Below, one piece after another: positions 1 through 12,811 of a stretch of DNA of 64,000 bases. This stretch comes from Antedon mediterranea. Taxonomy: Eukaryota; Animalia; Echinodermata. The translations under genes were made by a program, and so were the position numbers. The DNA lies in NCBI RefSeq assembly GCF_964355755.1, contig NC_092671.1, forward strand, positions 36,714,304 to 36,778,303, in the 5' to 3' direction. The first letter of the stretch is position 1, and each line of letters begins with the position of its first letter. The notes under the pieces are model-generated. The model did not search any database and was not told the origin of the DNA. It saw nothing but the letters and a program-made list of their open reading frames with translations.

Positions 1-538
1 AAGATTTGTCATCAGTACCAGCCACTGTGGTTACGGCCTTCAATTTGAATTAATAAATCGGTCAATTTAAAAACTTCTTTCTTCTGGTATCACTTAAATA
101 ATAATGTATATATGTGACTCAATTTAAATAGATTAATGTTGTCAAATGGGTCACATTACGAATAATAAATATAATTTCAATCATTTTTTTCACTTATAAG
201 ATGTTTAATAAAATATATATTACAAATATATGACATTTACAGTTCAGACATTTTTGTAATTTAAATTAATTGTTTTGATCCTTGAACAAAAAAATTGAAA
301 AGCATCAAATAGAAAAAGACATCCAAAGTACGGAAAAGCTAAAGCTTAAGTTGTCATGGAAATATGTGACAAGGCTAATGTTGTACGTTGAACTGTAATG
401 TACTACAATGTGTCAGCATTATTCCATACAGGAATTCAGTAAGTTTACTAACTTGAATCAAAGATTGAAATAAATATACTTTGTTCATCATAAATGTGAA
501 CATTTACAATCATTTCTTGGCAAGATAAAACATGTTAA

Positions 539-926
539 CCCTTTCTCTGCGTATACCCGGTACTACCGGGTATAAACAGACGTCGTTGAAATACGTATAC
601 TCGGTAAAACCGGGTATGGGCAAAACAATGATTTAAGCGTATTTGCGTATAATATATAGCACCCTCTGTATTTTTTCGATGAACTTGAATATTTTTGCAA
701 GTCATTAAATTACATACCTGTAATGACGTCACATGACGTCATCAATATGCAAATTACTTTTTTTTTTATACCTAACTGTAAACTAACCCTTTGCCCATCA
801 CACACCACAAAAATAATTACACAATTATCTCAATTAGTATTTTTTTGCAATTAATTAAAATATCATAGGTTTTTCTTAAATATATATTACGCACAGAGGT
901 GGGAATAATGCTCCGCAGTGAAAGGG
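539..926. mobile_element. Non-autonomous piggyBac-like element (388 bp)
   Basis: TTAA at 535-538 and 927-930 flank TIRs CCCTTTCTCTGCG / CGCAGTGAAAGGG (1 mismatch); CCC termini with TTAA TSD. Confidence 0.75.
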
Positions 927-1830
927 TTAATATACTTTTAATTTACTTATATAAACAAATATTTAATGGCAACATTTAAAAGTACTAGTCTAAACTTAAG
1001 ATTATCACTTTAAACTGTAACTTTAATCCGTAAAAGAATAGCCATCATACCCATATGAGACATTTCTGAGAAGCTCAAACAAATGATGTCATACAATTTG
1101 AGTGATTTGTATATATCACTGGTATATTTTATTCAATTATTAAATTGTATACATAAAAAATACGTTCATAAAATTTAGCAGCAGAAAAAAATAAAAATTT
1201 TTCAGCTGAATTGCACTTTATGTTAACAGAAGAGGATTACAATAAAAAAAAAACACATTACAAATTTAACTCCTTAAGTAACTGTACTAAAATAAGGGAC
1301 TAGTCTTGTAAATTTGTGGTGTGTGCAATTGTGCTTTATGATTTAATGTACCACAACATACATGAAGGGGTGGATGTCATGTGATGTCACTCGGATCGTA
1401 GATGACAGAACGCAAGCCAAATGGCGCAAAGGAACCCAAGCATTCCAAGTTCATAGGCCATCAAAATGACTTGAATTAAACATGACAGACAGTGGTTGTT
1501 TTATTGGCAGTTCTAAGCAAGTCAGTTAGGATTTTCGCAACATTTTAGCAAACTTTCATTTAGATACAGTCATCCTGTAGATAAGTCCACTCAACGTGTC
1601 ATACTGGTGTCTAAGCTAATTATCTGTTTTATGATGAGAACTGCCTATTGACGTTTATTACCTTACACAAACTTCCTATTCTGATACATGTTTTGCACTT
1701 ATTGTTTAAACACTATCAAATTCTACCTACTAAAAATAATGAGATTAAACTTTTTTATGGGAAGAAAAAGTACTCCAACTCCTATGGTTATGGTTTTGTC
1801 TATTAGGAATTTTCTCAGTCGTAAATAAAT

Positions 1831-2228
1831 CTATCATGATTAACTTGCTAAATATGATTTACTCTATCATGATTAACTTTATCATGATTTACTCTATCAT
1901 GATTTACTCTATCATGATTAACTTGCTAAATATGATTTACTTTATCATGATTTACTCTATCATGATTTACTCTATCATGAATAAAATGATTATCTATATC
2001 ATGGTTAACTCTTTCTTCATTTACGTTATCATGATTATCTCTATCATGATTACCTCTATCATGATTAACTCTATCATGAATAAAATGATTATCTATATCA
2101 TGCTTAACTCTTTCTTCATTTACGTTATCATGATATCTCTATCATGATTATCTCTATCATGATTACCTCTATCATGATTACCTCTATCATGATTATCTCT
2201 ATCATGATTACCTCTATCATGATTAACT
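1831..2228. repeat. ~15-bp minisatellite (CTCTATCATGATTAN) in the last MCC intron
   Basis: About 20 or more degenerate units around the palindrome TCATGA; explains the repetitive ORF 1836-2147. Confidence 0.95.
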
Positions 2229-2250
2229 TAAATGTTTTGTTGCTTTTCAG

Positions 2251-2334
2251 GTACGAATGTTAAAGCAAAGGATTGCATTGTTGGAAGAAGAAAATCAATC
2301 ATCTAGACGTCCACACAATGAAACATCACTATGA
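2251..2334 (+). CDS. MCC: Last coding exon of an MCC (mutated in colorectal cancer) homolog: VRMLKQRIALLEEENQSSRRPHNETSL*
   Basis: Acceptor tgttgcttttcAG at 2249-2250, phase 0, TGA 2332-2334; matches the recalled vertebrate MCC C-terminus (VRMLKQRIALLEEENSRPHTNETSL) with class I PDZ-binding ETSL; upstream exons not found in the window. Confidence 0.9.
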   Translation, partial: VRMLKQRIALLEEENQSSRRPHNETSL

Positions 2335-2504
2335 CATTGCATGGTAACCTCTCTATGATCATATGGATTACATGATCATTTCACTATGACATTGCATGGT
2401 AACCTCTCTATGATCATATGGATTACATGATCATTTCACTATGACATTGCATGGTAACCTCTCTATGATCATATGGATTACATGATCATTTCACTATGAC
2501 ATTG
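2326..2504 (+). repeat. 55-bp tandem repeat (3 copies + partial) starting in the last MCC codons
   Basis: CACTATGACATTG recurs at 2327, 2382, 2437, 2492. Confidence 0.95.
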
Positions 2505-3224
2505 AATTCCTGTAAACCATTGACATCTAGGAAATTAAATGAACATTTTTTCCACTTGTCATCAAAGACGACTGATTATTATACTATAAATTACTGTAAA
2601 TATTGTTGATTTGCCGAGCGGTTTTATTTATATAGATTATATAAATAATTTAGGAAGCTCACCTACAGAATGTTTTATATATTTATTCGCTTTGATGTTA
2701 AGTACAACATTCATTTACTACAACTTTGATCAAAATTATCCAGTTGTATCACAGGAAATGACTTCTAGAATAAATAAAAATACCAGCGAAACAAAACCCC
2801 TTCCATTTTAACATTCTGCGAGCCTTTGTATTAAATACACATTGTATCTATTTATAGAATTGTAAAATATGTAAATATATTGCAAAGTACATGAGTAGGT
2901 CATAGGTTAAACATGGCATCAGCTGTTTATGACTTAAATGAACAAATTTATTAAAATATTTTATTTGTAAAATATAAAAGATTTATTTATAAAACCTAAA
3001 ATGCCATGAATGATACAATGAAATGTAGTTAACATGAAGAAATAAGCATAGAACAATATATTGCAGTTTGTATAACAATTAGTACACTATTGAAATAAGT
3101 GCATATAGCAAAGGAAGAATAGACTACCTGCTACATGTTCAATTTGTAGACTTTTGAAAGTATATGTGAAAATGCGCTCTATTCAAACTGTTCTTCTCAA
3201 GATTGTTTAGTTTTTGCTTTAAGT

Positions 3225-3478
3225 TTACGTTCTCGGATAAGGACTATAAACCGTAGGTCCAGTGTACATCTGGCTCATGTGCACTTTAAAGAACCTAGTA
3301 CATCTTTTGAGACGATTATTGGGTTACCCCGGTGTACTAGTTCATTCATACACACACACTGTTGTGGACAGACGTATTGGCGCCGTAGTTGGCTGCCGAT
3401 GTCACAATGGGACCCTTAGTGGAGCAGTAGCCTTTAACTATGAAGTTTGCTCCTTAAAATAGAAGAAGAAGAAGAAGA
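3225..3478 (+). mobile_element. 5'-truncated SINE with Deu/Nin-type core and (GAA)n tail
   Basis: GATAAGGACTATAAACCGTAGGTCC...GCACTTTAAAGAACC...CCCCGGTGT resembles the recalled Deu/Nin SINE core; ends in GAA repeats. Confidence 0.6.
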
Positions 3479-3669
3479 CATGTTTAATTTTCAATTTAAG
3501 CTTTAGTTTAACTCATAACAATGAAGATAATAATGTATTGTACAATATCTTTACTGTATTCATTTTGTAAAAGAAATCTTTGACATGATAACAAAATATA
3601 AATGCATAAACTGTATAGCAATGTTGGTCTCATTAATTTGCTATTTTTTGTAAAATCCTCAATTATGAT

Positions 3670-4950
3670 GGCAATATTATTGCATAATAATTGAATTTAA
3701 AAAAGTGAATATTTTCGCCATTTAAAAAAAAATCCCTGTACTATAAGTACAGGTAAATTTTCGAATACTGACCTATAAGATGATAACACAATATATGCGC
3801 ATAGAGAGCAACATTATTGCATAATAACTGAATTTTAAAAAGTCGATATTTTGGCAATTTTTGAAAAAATCCCTGAACACAGGGAAATTTTCGAAACTGA
3901 CCAAATTTCGACCCTTTTAATTTTGACATAAATAGTTGACCAAATTTTGACACTTTTTTTGACATAACTGGTTACTATGACTCTATAAGATGATGATAAC
4001 GCAATATATAGCAATATTATTGCATAATAATTGAATTTGAAAAAGTCGATATTTTGGCCATTTTTTAAAAAAATCCATGTACTATAATACAGGAAAATTT
4101 TCGAAAAATTAACAAATTTCGACCCTTTTATTTTTCGACATAAGTCGACTCTATAAGATGATAACGCAATATATGATCATATTATACAGCAATATTATTG
4201 CATAATAAATGAATTTGAAAAAGTCGATATTTTGGCCATTTTTGAAAAAATCCCTGTACAGGGAAATTTTTGAAAAATTACCAAATTTTGACCCTTTTAT
4301 TTTTCGACATAACTGGTTACTATGACTCTTAAGATGATGATAACGCAATATATGATCATATATAGCAATATTATTGCATAATAAATTTGAAAAAGTCAAT
4401 ATTTTGGCCATTTTTGAAAAAATCCCTGTACTATATAGTACAGGGAAATTTTCGAAAAATTACCAAATTTCGACCCTTATATTTTTCGACATAAGTCGAC
4501 TCTATAAGATGATGATAACACAATATATAGCAATATTATTGCATAATAATTGAATTTTAAAAAGTCTATGTTTTGGCCATTTAAACAAAAATCCATGTAC
4601 AATAGTACAGGAAAATTTTCCAACTGACCAAATGTTGACACTTATTTTTTACATAACTGGTTACTATGACTCTATATAAGATGATGATAACGCAATATAT
4701 GCGCATATATAGGCCTAGTAATATTTTTGCATAATAATTAAATTTTAAAGTCGATATTTTGGCAATTTAAAAAAAAATCATGTACTATAGTACAGGAAAA
4801 TTTTCCAAAACTGACCAAATTTTGACCCTTTTATTTTTGACATAACTGGTTACTATGACTCTATAAGATGATGATAACGCAATATATGCGCATATATAGC
4901 AATATTATTGCATAATAATTGAATTTTAAAAAGTCGATATTTTGGCAAAC
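3670..4950. repeat. ~180-bp satellite-like tandem array (7-8 units)
   Basis: GCAA(T/C)ATTATTGCATAATAA-like motif near 3671, 3808, 4011, 4189, 4365, 4530, 4718, 4899; A/T-tract rich. Confidence 0.95.
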
Positions 4951-6112
4951 ATTTGAAGGAATAAAAAACACAATTTTTCTGTTGTTACAAAGATGGCACA
5001 TTTAATTTCTAACAGCTGACTATTTACAGTGATTCTATGGGAGCGCTATCCCACAGATAAACGCTAACAAAATGATCAAGGCTTGTGCCAAAACCTACAC
5101 AGTGCAAGAAACAAATCCCTCTTAGTCCCTTTTACTCCCAACAGGACTAAAAAAATACAATGATTACCTGACAATAAATTACAATTTCATTAGTAGCAAG
5201 TCAATTAGTACACAATCTGGTGCCATAAAGGGTCAGAGAGGGGTCAAAGTGACCAGAGGGGTCAAAGTGACCAGAGACCTCAAATAATTAATTAGAAGAC
5301 ATCATAATAATAACAAAAGGTATTTTCCACATCAACAGGAAAAAGAAAATCCCTGACTGGTGCTCCTAGGCAACGTATTATGAAAAAAATCTAAGCTACA
5401 CTTAAAGAACAAATGAAAATAAAATATATAAAACTATTCTACAACCAGAATGCAAGTGACAATGCTGATAAAGAGTGTCACATGTGATGTCACACGTGAT
5501 AAACATTTCTGGAATGATCAGATGACTAAGATAATATTCTATAAAGGTAACAAGGTATCCGTCAATCAAATGACTCGTTCACCACGGTTCTCATTAAAAT
5601 TCAACAATTAACAAAACAATGATAAAATGTGCTCAGATTTTAAATTCTTCAAAATTAAGAATCAAATGATATAATATCTATCTTATTAAATGTCTATAAA
5701 TAAGTAAATCTGTCACAAATGTTGATATAATCTTTAGTTTTTTACCAATTTAAGGGCACTATAAAATGCCATGTCACAGTATGAGGTCAAAGGTAAGTGA
5801 CATTGGGTAAATGAGTCGTTCACCCTTACACGACAACAAGTGGTAAAATTAAGTTTTAAAATCAAGTTGTACTGAAACAAATAAAATTTGGGCTCATTTA
5901 GTACTTAATAGTTATTTACAATCTTTAAACCATTGTTAACACTATTTGTTAAAAAAATTCATGATAAACGTAATCAATTTCTAGAGTCATCAATGGAAAT
6001 CTAAATAAAGTAAAGGGAAGACAAATGTATTTTACAACAAAAGGCATTATGGAATTGTGTTCCCCAAAGATTCAAGTTTATTGATTGTAAAGCTTAACCA
6101 AATTATACACGG

Positions 6113-6218
6113 GTGGTAAAACCAGGGGGTGGGGGTGTAATCTTAATCCTGCTCCCCTCAGTAAAAAGTAAAACCATGGGGTGGGGGTGTAATCTTAATT
6201 CTCTCCACCTCGGTAAAA
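6113..6218. repeat. Two-copy ~53-bp direct repeat in the presumed E-protein 3' UTR
   Basis: GTAAAACCANGGGGTGGGG..TGTAATCTTAAT occurs twice. Confidence 0.8.
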
Positions 6219-6875
6219 CTAAGTAAACACTACTGAACATTGAAAGCTTCCTAATGTGGTAGGTTGAAAGACGTACACTCCTAAATAATAAACAAATTTA
6301 TTTTACGTTCCAGTGTTGAATAAAAAAGAGTTACGTAAACTCTCTTACTAAAAACATACCATTTTTTTTAATCAAGAAAAAATATTTTAAATCGATACAT
6401 TTGATATACATTTTTGTTTGAAAATTATTCAAAATATAAACAGAGAGTGTAGCAATGAATGGCGGCAGTCATCAGACGTCTGATCCGACTACCGACATTA
6501 TTCCAAAAAAAAATGGGGGGAGAAACAAACAAAAATGACAAACACCACGAATAATTATCAGCAAACGCTGACCACTGGTGGCGGGATAACGATCCAGAAG
6601 ATAAAAACAATTTTAGTTTTTTTTTTTTGTAAATTTAATTATAAAAAGAGCATCCATAGTAGAAATGCCAACGGCATCTCTGAGCAGCACCAACAATGCT
6701 GTCCTCATCGACTCAAATTTCATCTTTAGAAAATAAGTTTGAAACGAGTGAATTCACGACGCGTCCCCATTCGTGTCATCCTCAAGTATTTATTAATATC
6801 TACATGTTTTCAAAACCAGTGAACATCCCTCGTAAAATGGCTACAAAATCTTTAATAAATAAGTCTTGTTCATGC

Positions 6876-7132
6876 TTATAAGTTGTCTTCGGGTGATATT
6901 TGATTAACGGACGTCTGCATAGGTTCACTGGTGCGGAGCAACTCCAGTGATCCTGCAGGCGGCATATTAGTGACTGTTGCTGAGGATGATGGAGGTATCG
7001 TTGATAGATCGAGGCCATGGTGAATGCCGTATTCGTTGAGTTGTTGTTGTAGATGGCTTGATGGCTGATGTCCTAGATTGTCCATGAGTTCATTATAACC
7101 TCTCATTAAGCTACTTACAAGACTAGAAGAAC
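6876..7132 (-). CDS. TCF12: E-protein last coding exon (long C-terminus): GSSSLVSSLMRGYNELMDN...QISPEDNL*
   Basis: Acceptor ttttttCAG 7135-7133, phase 1, in frame with ORF 6876-7106. Confidence 0.8.
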
Positions 7133-7656
7133 CTGAAAAACAAAGTACTATATTTAAATATGCATGAATCCAAAGAGGTGATATTAATTATTTAAAATAA
7201 GTAGCTACTAACAAAACTGTAAAAAAAAACCACTGGATCTGTCTGTATCTAGTGGTAGATGTACCCCCTAGCCTCAATAGCTAGCAGGCACTGCTTTACT
7301 ACTTGTCAATATTTTAACCTTTATATGACATTTTAATATTAATTTTGCATTGTATTTTATAATCTTATGTCATACTGTTTGTATTATTATTATATTATTA
7401 TTTTAATTTCATTTTTATATTGATATCTGTGACAAGCAAGAGACATTTCAAACCACTATGTTTGACCAAATATATATATAAAAATAACATCTTTACCACA
7501 ACATACCATATAAAAAAGTATTTAAAATCAGTTCCAACATTTTTTTTTCATGTATCTTTTACTACTATATTTATCTTTTATGTATTTTCTATATATCCTT
7601 GAATATATACTACATACTAAAAGAAAAATAGAGAGAAAAGCTTGGAACTTACCTAC

Positions 7657-7779
7657 CTTGGAGGCCATGCTGGGGTCCAAGGTGGTCACTGGTTGGCCCT
7701 AGACCACGATTTGGCAATTCATCTACTTTTTCTTCTTCTCGTCTTTTAAGGCACGCTGCTTTGGGGTTTAAATTGCGAT
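7657..7779 (-). CDS. TCF12: E-protein exon (C domain): [41 protein letters not shown]
   Basis: Acceptor CAG 7782-7780; donor GTAGGT (end 7657) or GTAAGT (end 7653); invariant [17 protein letters not shown]. Confidence 0.97.
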
Positions 7780-7964
7780 CTGGGGAGAACAATTGTTAGA
7801 ATAAATTGTTGAACTGAAATTAACAATGCTTTAAAAAAGGGATAAGAATTAAGAGCTGGATTAAACTCTGAGCCATGTATACAAAGTTAACTTTTGATCG
7901 GACAACTTTTAAAAAAATACTTCAAATGTATAATGATCCTTTAGTCATCAACAGAGCAATCTTA

Positions 7965-8099
7965 AGCCCTGTCTACACTAGTTTGATGTGCCCAAATATG
8001 GTAGTAATATGCTTAAATATGGTATGTGGTATGGTATGACATCATCATATGGGCACATCACATTTTTTTCACATAAAGTTTATTAGTGTAAACAGAGCT
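7965..8099. mobile_element. Harbinger/Tourist-type MITE, family A, copy 1
   Basis: Family TIR consensus AGCTCTGTCTACACTATCAAACT; TTA on both flanks; internal CAAATATGGTAGTGATATG-type subrepeats. Confidence 0.85.
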
Positions 8100-8147
8100 T
8101 TAGGGAAAAAATGGTAATTTATAGGTAATATGTATTTATAAATTTAC

Positions 8148-8374
8148 CTCTAACTTGTGTTTCTAGGCTGGTTATAACATTGACAGCTTGGTGAAGTATT
8201 AGGAGCTTTGTTTGTGCCTTATCTGTATTTAGGTGTAACTGACACATGCGACCCAACTCTTTGAATGCTTCATTAATATCTCGAACTCGGATTCTTTCTC
8301 TAGCGTTGTTTGCGCTTCTTCGCTCTTTTTCCTTCTCTTGCTTCGGGGGTGCTTCTTCCAGATCATCCGTAGTT
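8148..8374 (-). CDS. TCF12: E-protein bHLH exon (227 nt): [76 protein letters not shown]
   Basis: Acceptor (T)n-cgTAG 8377-8375, donor GTAAAT 8147-8142; unmistakable class I bHLH. Confidence 0.99.
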
Positions 8375-8742
8375 CTACGAAAAAAAAAATAATGGAATGT
8401 TACTGATATGCAGGTATTCCTACCTATACATTGTTTCATACTGTACTCTTACTCTTATACTTGTGTATCATACTAAAGTATAGCCATCCTGTTAACATGT
8501 AGTTATTGTTCTAATATGAACCGGAAAACCATTCATATTTATTTTATTTATTATTTAATTTGGATTTATATAGCGCTTTTCCAAGTGACCAAAGCGCTGT
8601 ACAATTGATAATACTATATACCCAACTAATACTTACAAAAACAAATATAGAAAAAGAAACGAAAATACAAAAATATATATATATATATATAAAAACTATG
8701 AGGGCCTATAAAAAAAGTTACCATAAATAACACCTCTCTTTA

Positions 8743-8901
8743 AGCTCTGTCTACACTATCAAACTTTATGCGACAAAAAATATGATGTGCCCATATATGG
8801 ACATGATGATGTCATATCACTACCATATTTTGGCATATCGCTACCATAGTTGGGTACATCACACTTTTTTGTCAAACCAGTTTGATAGTGTAGACAGAGC
8901 T
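8743..8901. mobile_element. MITE family A, copy 2 (inverted relative to copy 1)
   Basis: Both TIRs intact; internal GGACATGATGATGTCATATCACTACCAT orientation. Confidence 0.9.
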
Positions 8902-8948
8902 TAAGGGTTTTTTTTCCTTAAACAATATTTCATACTAGAATATCTTAC

Positions 8949-9123
8949 CGTTTTTTTGTTTTTCCTGAATTACTTGAACGACCATTATCACTTTTATTGT
9001 CGTCTGGTTTGGTTATATCCATTTTTTCCTCTTTCTTGGGTTTGGCGCCAATTGATTTCGTTTTTACCTTCTCAATCTTTAATCCGTCTCCTTGGTCATG
9101 TCCCATCAAGTCATTCTGTACTG
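8949..9123 (-). CDS. TCF12: E-protein exon: SVQNDLMGHDQGDGLKIEKVKTKSIGAKPKKEEKMDITKPDDNKSDNGRSSNSGKTKKR
   Basis: CAGCAG acceptor 9126-9121, donor GTAAGA, phases 1 to 2 fit both neighbours. Confidence 0.9.
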
Positions 9124-10236
9124 CTGCAAATAATCACATATAGACATTCATTAAATATTTACCGACTGATTTCATTGACGCCAACATAACATAAAGGATT
9201 TAAAACAATTTAAAAATGTATACATGTATACTAAAATAAAATTGTCATAATTTTATTTTACCATTTTTAGAAGAAAAAAAAACAACACCAGCTTTTAATT
9301 CAATTACATTTTCCAAATGTTAAATAAGTTAAAACCAATTAGATTCAATGTAGAAAAAGCGAATTCATATAATATTCTACATACATTCTGGAACCATATA
9401 AAAGGTATGATAGAGAGGTGAAAAATTCTCGATTTGATTGACAGCTACCTGAGAATATTAAATCACCTGCTGTAGTCTAGGTTAATGGCTTTAGATGAAA
9501 GAAGCCTACCAACGCAGGTAAGAAAAAGAGCATCACCATTAGGATGGGTATGTCATCCCCGTGCCTAACCTTATCACCTTTCTCATTCCAATCAAGCCCA
9601 CATTTCTACCCTATCACACTCAATTGGCATATAATGATGCTGGTAATCTTGAATTTAGGACGCACCTTCGTCATCGACTACTCATTAAAGTCTTTAAACT
9701 CATCGTGCGCTTTGCAAGTGAGTTGACCGCTGTTTAGTGACGTTTATATGACACATGTCCAGGTTATTATCCTCTGCCCAGGAGTTTTAACTTCTATATT
9801 AGGAAGATGCTATTGCAAAGGTTGCCATGCCAACTTAACTCTACCTTCAAATCTAACTTACAACTCATCTCGGGTACATCAGTGGGATTATCGCCCGACC
9901 TATATTAAGAGTTTTTTTTTTCGCTCCAAGAGGAATATGTACATTTAATTATTATTTTGAAATAAAACAGAAAGTGATAAGTAGACCACCATTTTGACCC
10001 ATGAGTCAGCTGTCCACTAAGGTCCTACTGTATTACATTGACCGCTGACCTAATTCTAACCCAGGGAGAAGCAGGGGAATGAAGATATGGGCAAATTAAT
10101 CCACAATTAGGCTACTGAACCCAGCCAAGATGAAATTGCAAATTTAATTTTATACAACATGGTATACAGTGGGTAAATGACTATAGGTCCACTGATGGAA
10201 CTTAAAGTATAGTAACAAAACTGCAGTACAGTATGA

Positions 10237-10395
10237 AGCTCACAAAAAATGTGATATGCCCATATATGGACATGATGATGTCATATCACTACCATATTTG
10301 GGTATACTGTATCACTACCATATTTGGGTATACTACTACCATATTTGGCCACATCACACTTTTTGTCAAACTAGTTTGACAGTGTAGACAGAGCT
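10237..10395. mobile_element. MITE family A, copy 3 (left TIR mostly deleted)
   Basis: Same interior and right TIR. Confidence 0.8.
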
Positions 10396-12592
10396 TTACT
10401 AATCTTTATTCTATAGATCCATATTACAAGAGGCATCCTAGATATCAAGATATTTGAATGTCAAACATAAAAAACCATGCATGTTACAAGTCAATACTGT
10501 AGTTTCAATTTGGAACTTTTTTTTCTAATGTGAGGACATTTTAATAGGTTTACTCAAAGGATATGCCTAATTTGAGCTTAATTTAATTTTCAAGTGACTG
10601 ATAACCAAGTAGATTGGAAAAAGAATCTTTTAACACCTATCAAAGGCAGACCTGCTGACTTCATTTCGTTAATTTTACTCAATGACTGCAGATTAAAAGG
10701 TGAATTTTGTAGTAGTACTTCCAAAGAAATGTACACAATAACAGGAATATTCAGTTTAAATCTTCACTTAATATTTAATTTAGTTTTGGGGAAAACAGCT
10801 AAAATATAAATTTTCTAAGAAAAAGTTTAGTGTTTAAATGAATCGCATGTTACTGTTACTATTTGCCTTGAACTTAGAGGATGTAATATTAAGTACATTT
10901 TGTAGTTTACATTAAAAAAAACATTGTTTATAAATCTAAAAAAGTATTGAAAAATAATCATTTTTTTGGGTTATTTAATTTACAAGTACTGTATCTCTAC
11001 AAAGCATAAACATGAAAAATACAGATTAATAAAATCAGACTTTAAATATATTTCTTTTTGTAGTTTTAATGAAGTAAATTTTCCAATTTCTGTTGAAAGT
11101 GGATACCGTAACTATTAGGTGACATTAGAATGGCTTATTAAAAAAAAATGTTGAGAATTATTTTTTCAGGGGCACAATACATCTTTAATGACAATATAAA
11201 TTATCTTAGATGATGACACTTCATCAATTTAAAAACAATCATGTTCTTTTGTGTCCTTTACAACATCCAATTATTTTATTTTATCTATTGTGCGATATTA
11301 ACACAACACGTCTTTTACTGAGTACTGCTACTAAAGAAACAGTTTGTTTTGAAAGCAGCAAGGATTAAAAGCATCGCTAGAATTCAAACGTGTTATAAAA
11401 ATAAACTATCGAGCTTCAACATATCTCAAGTAATGTAAATCCTTATCAACAGGCTAATTAAACTCGTCACTGATATACAATAAAACCTCAAAATAAATCA
11501 TCCCGTTGGAGGACAAGATAAGAACAAAGGCGGTTACGGTTTTACAACATTTTTCCATCATTATTTTTCGATGTGCAAATGAAATTGTTCTCAGAAAAAG
11601 ATGATCATATACACGCTTGCCATAAACAGCTAGTATTGGGGATTATATATAAATTGAAACTTAAAGGATGTGATGATTTTTACTTTTTACTAGTGATATC
11701 TTTGGGGCAGGACACCCACCATGCACTGACCAGCTGGACAACATATGACCGCTGGAATTAGACCAAAAGATCATGGAGTGCACTAGATATTAAATGGTTT
11801 GATCTATATAGGATTAATTTCATCCCATGATATGGTCTGTGTATGTACATACACGTATGGATTACATTGCTAAAATAACAGATGATAGATAGAACTACCA
11901 AAGACCAAGAATACTATTTTATAGGTTAAAGATAATTTAATATAGAACAATAGGTTTGGTTTAAATCTGTCTGATACCTACTGAACGGTACCCACAAAAC
12001 AAATTGACCAACTTTGAGTAATAATTTAAATTATGATATTCAAAAATTTAAAGATTCATGTAATTTATTTTTTAGGATCTAAGATTTCGTTTAAGCATTA
12101 ATTCAATTACAGAGGAACTTTCATTTTTATGGATATGTAATTTGAGAACTCCATCAACGTTTTCCATCAATATATAAAAGCTTTCCGGAGAACCATCCAT
12201 TTAAAACCAATCATTTCCTTATTGCTAGTAAAATGAAAGATTCCCAGGCTACAGTACTGACTGACCTCTATCGTGTAAACATAACATTCATATCAAATAA
12301 TTATGTTCATTTTATAAACATGTCCGCAATGAACAAATATGTAGTACTGTACAGTAATACGGAGTTGTACAAGCATAATTCAATGTCACTAAGATATACA
12401 TATTAAAAGATTTCCAAGATATTTTAAAATAGATATCAGAAAGTAGGTCATAATTTAATTTTAGCTGCCAAAAAAGGTGGGGGGAGGGGGCAGCGCATGT
12501 GCCCCTAGCACACCCCTTGGATCCATCCCTGATTTTTAAGAATTTGATTGAGAACGCCATTCTAACCTACACTCTGAATTATAAAAATCTAA

Positions 12593-12730
12593 AGCTCTGT
12601 CTACACTATCAAACTAGTGTGACAAAAGAAGTGTGCCCAAATATGGTAGTGATATGCCCAAATATGACATCATCATATCCATATATGGGCACATCACATT
12701 TTTGTTGTCACAGAAAGTGTAGACAAGGCT
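12593..12730. mobile_element. MITE family A, copy 4
   Basis: Both TIRs recognisable. Confidence 0.85.
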
Positions 12731-12779
12731 TTAGAATTAATTTAACGATCAGTGAATTTCAAGTAATACAGTAGAGTTT

Positions 12780-12811
12780 CAGGGAGTTGTTATTAGAATA
12801 ACAACTCCCTG
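12780..12811. mobile_element. 32-bp perfect hairpin flanked by a 7-bp direct repeat
   Basis: AGAGTTT-CAGGGAGTTGTTATT-AG-AATAACAACTCCCTG-AGAGTTT. Confidence 0.6.

Noticed and set aside
1836-2147. 103-aa ORF rich in M/I/Y/S
   Set aside because: Translation of the 15-bp minisatellite
7780-8948. Second mutually exclusive bHLH exon (E12/E47-like)
   Set aside because: Both flanking introns are short and hold only MITEs and AT-rich sequence
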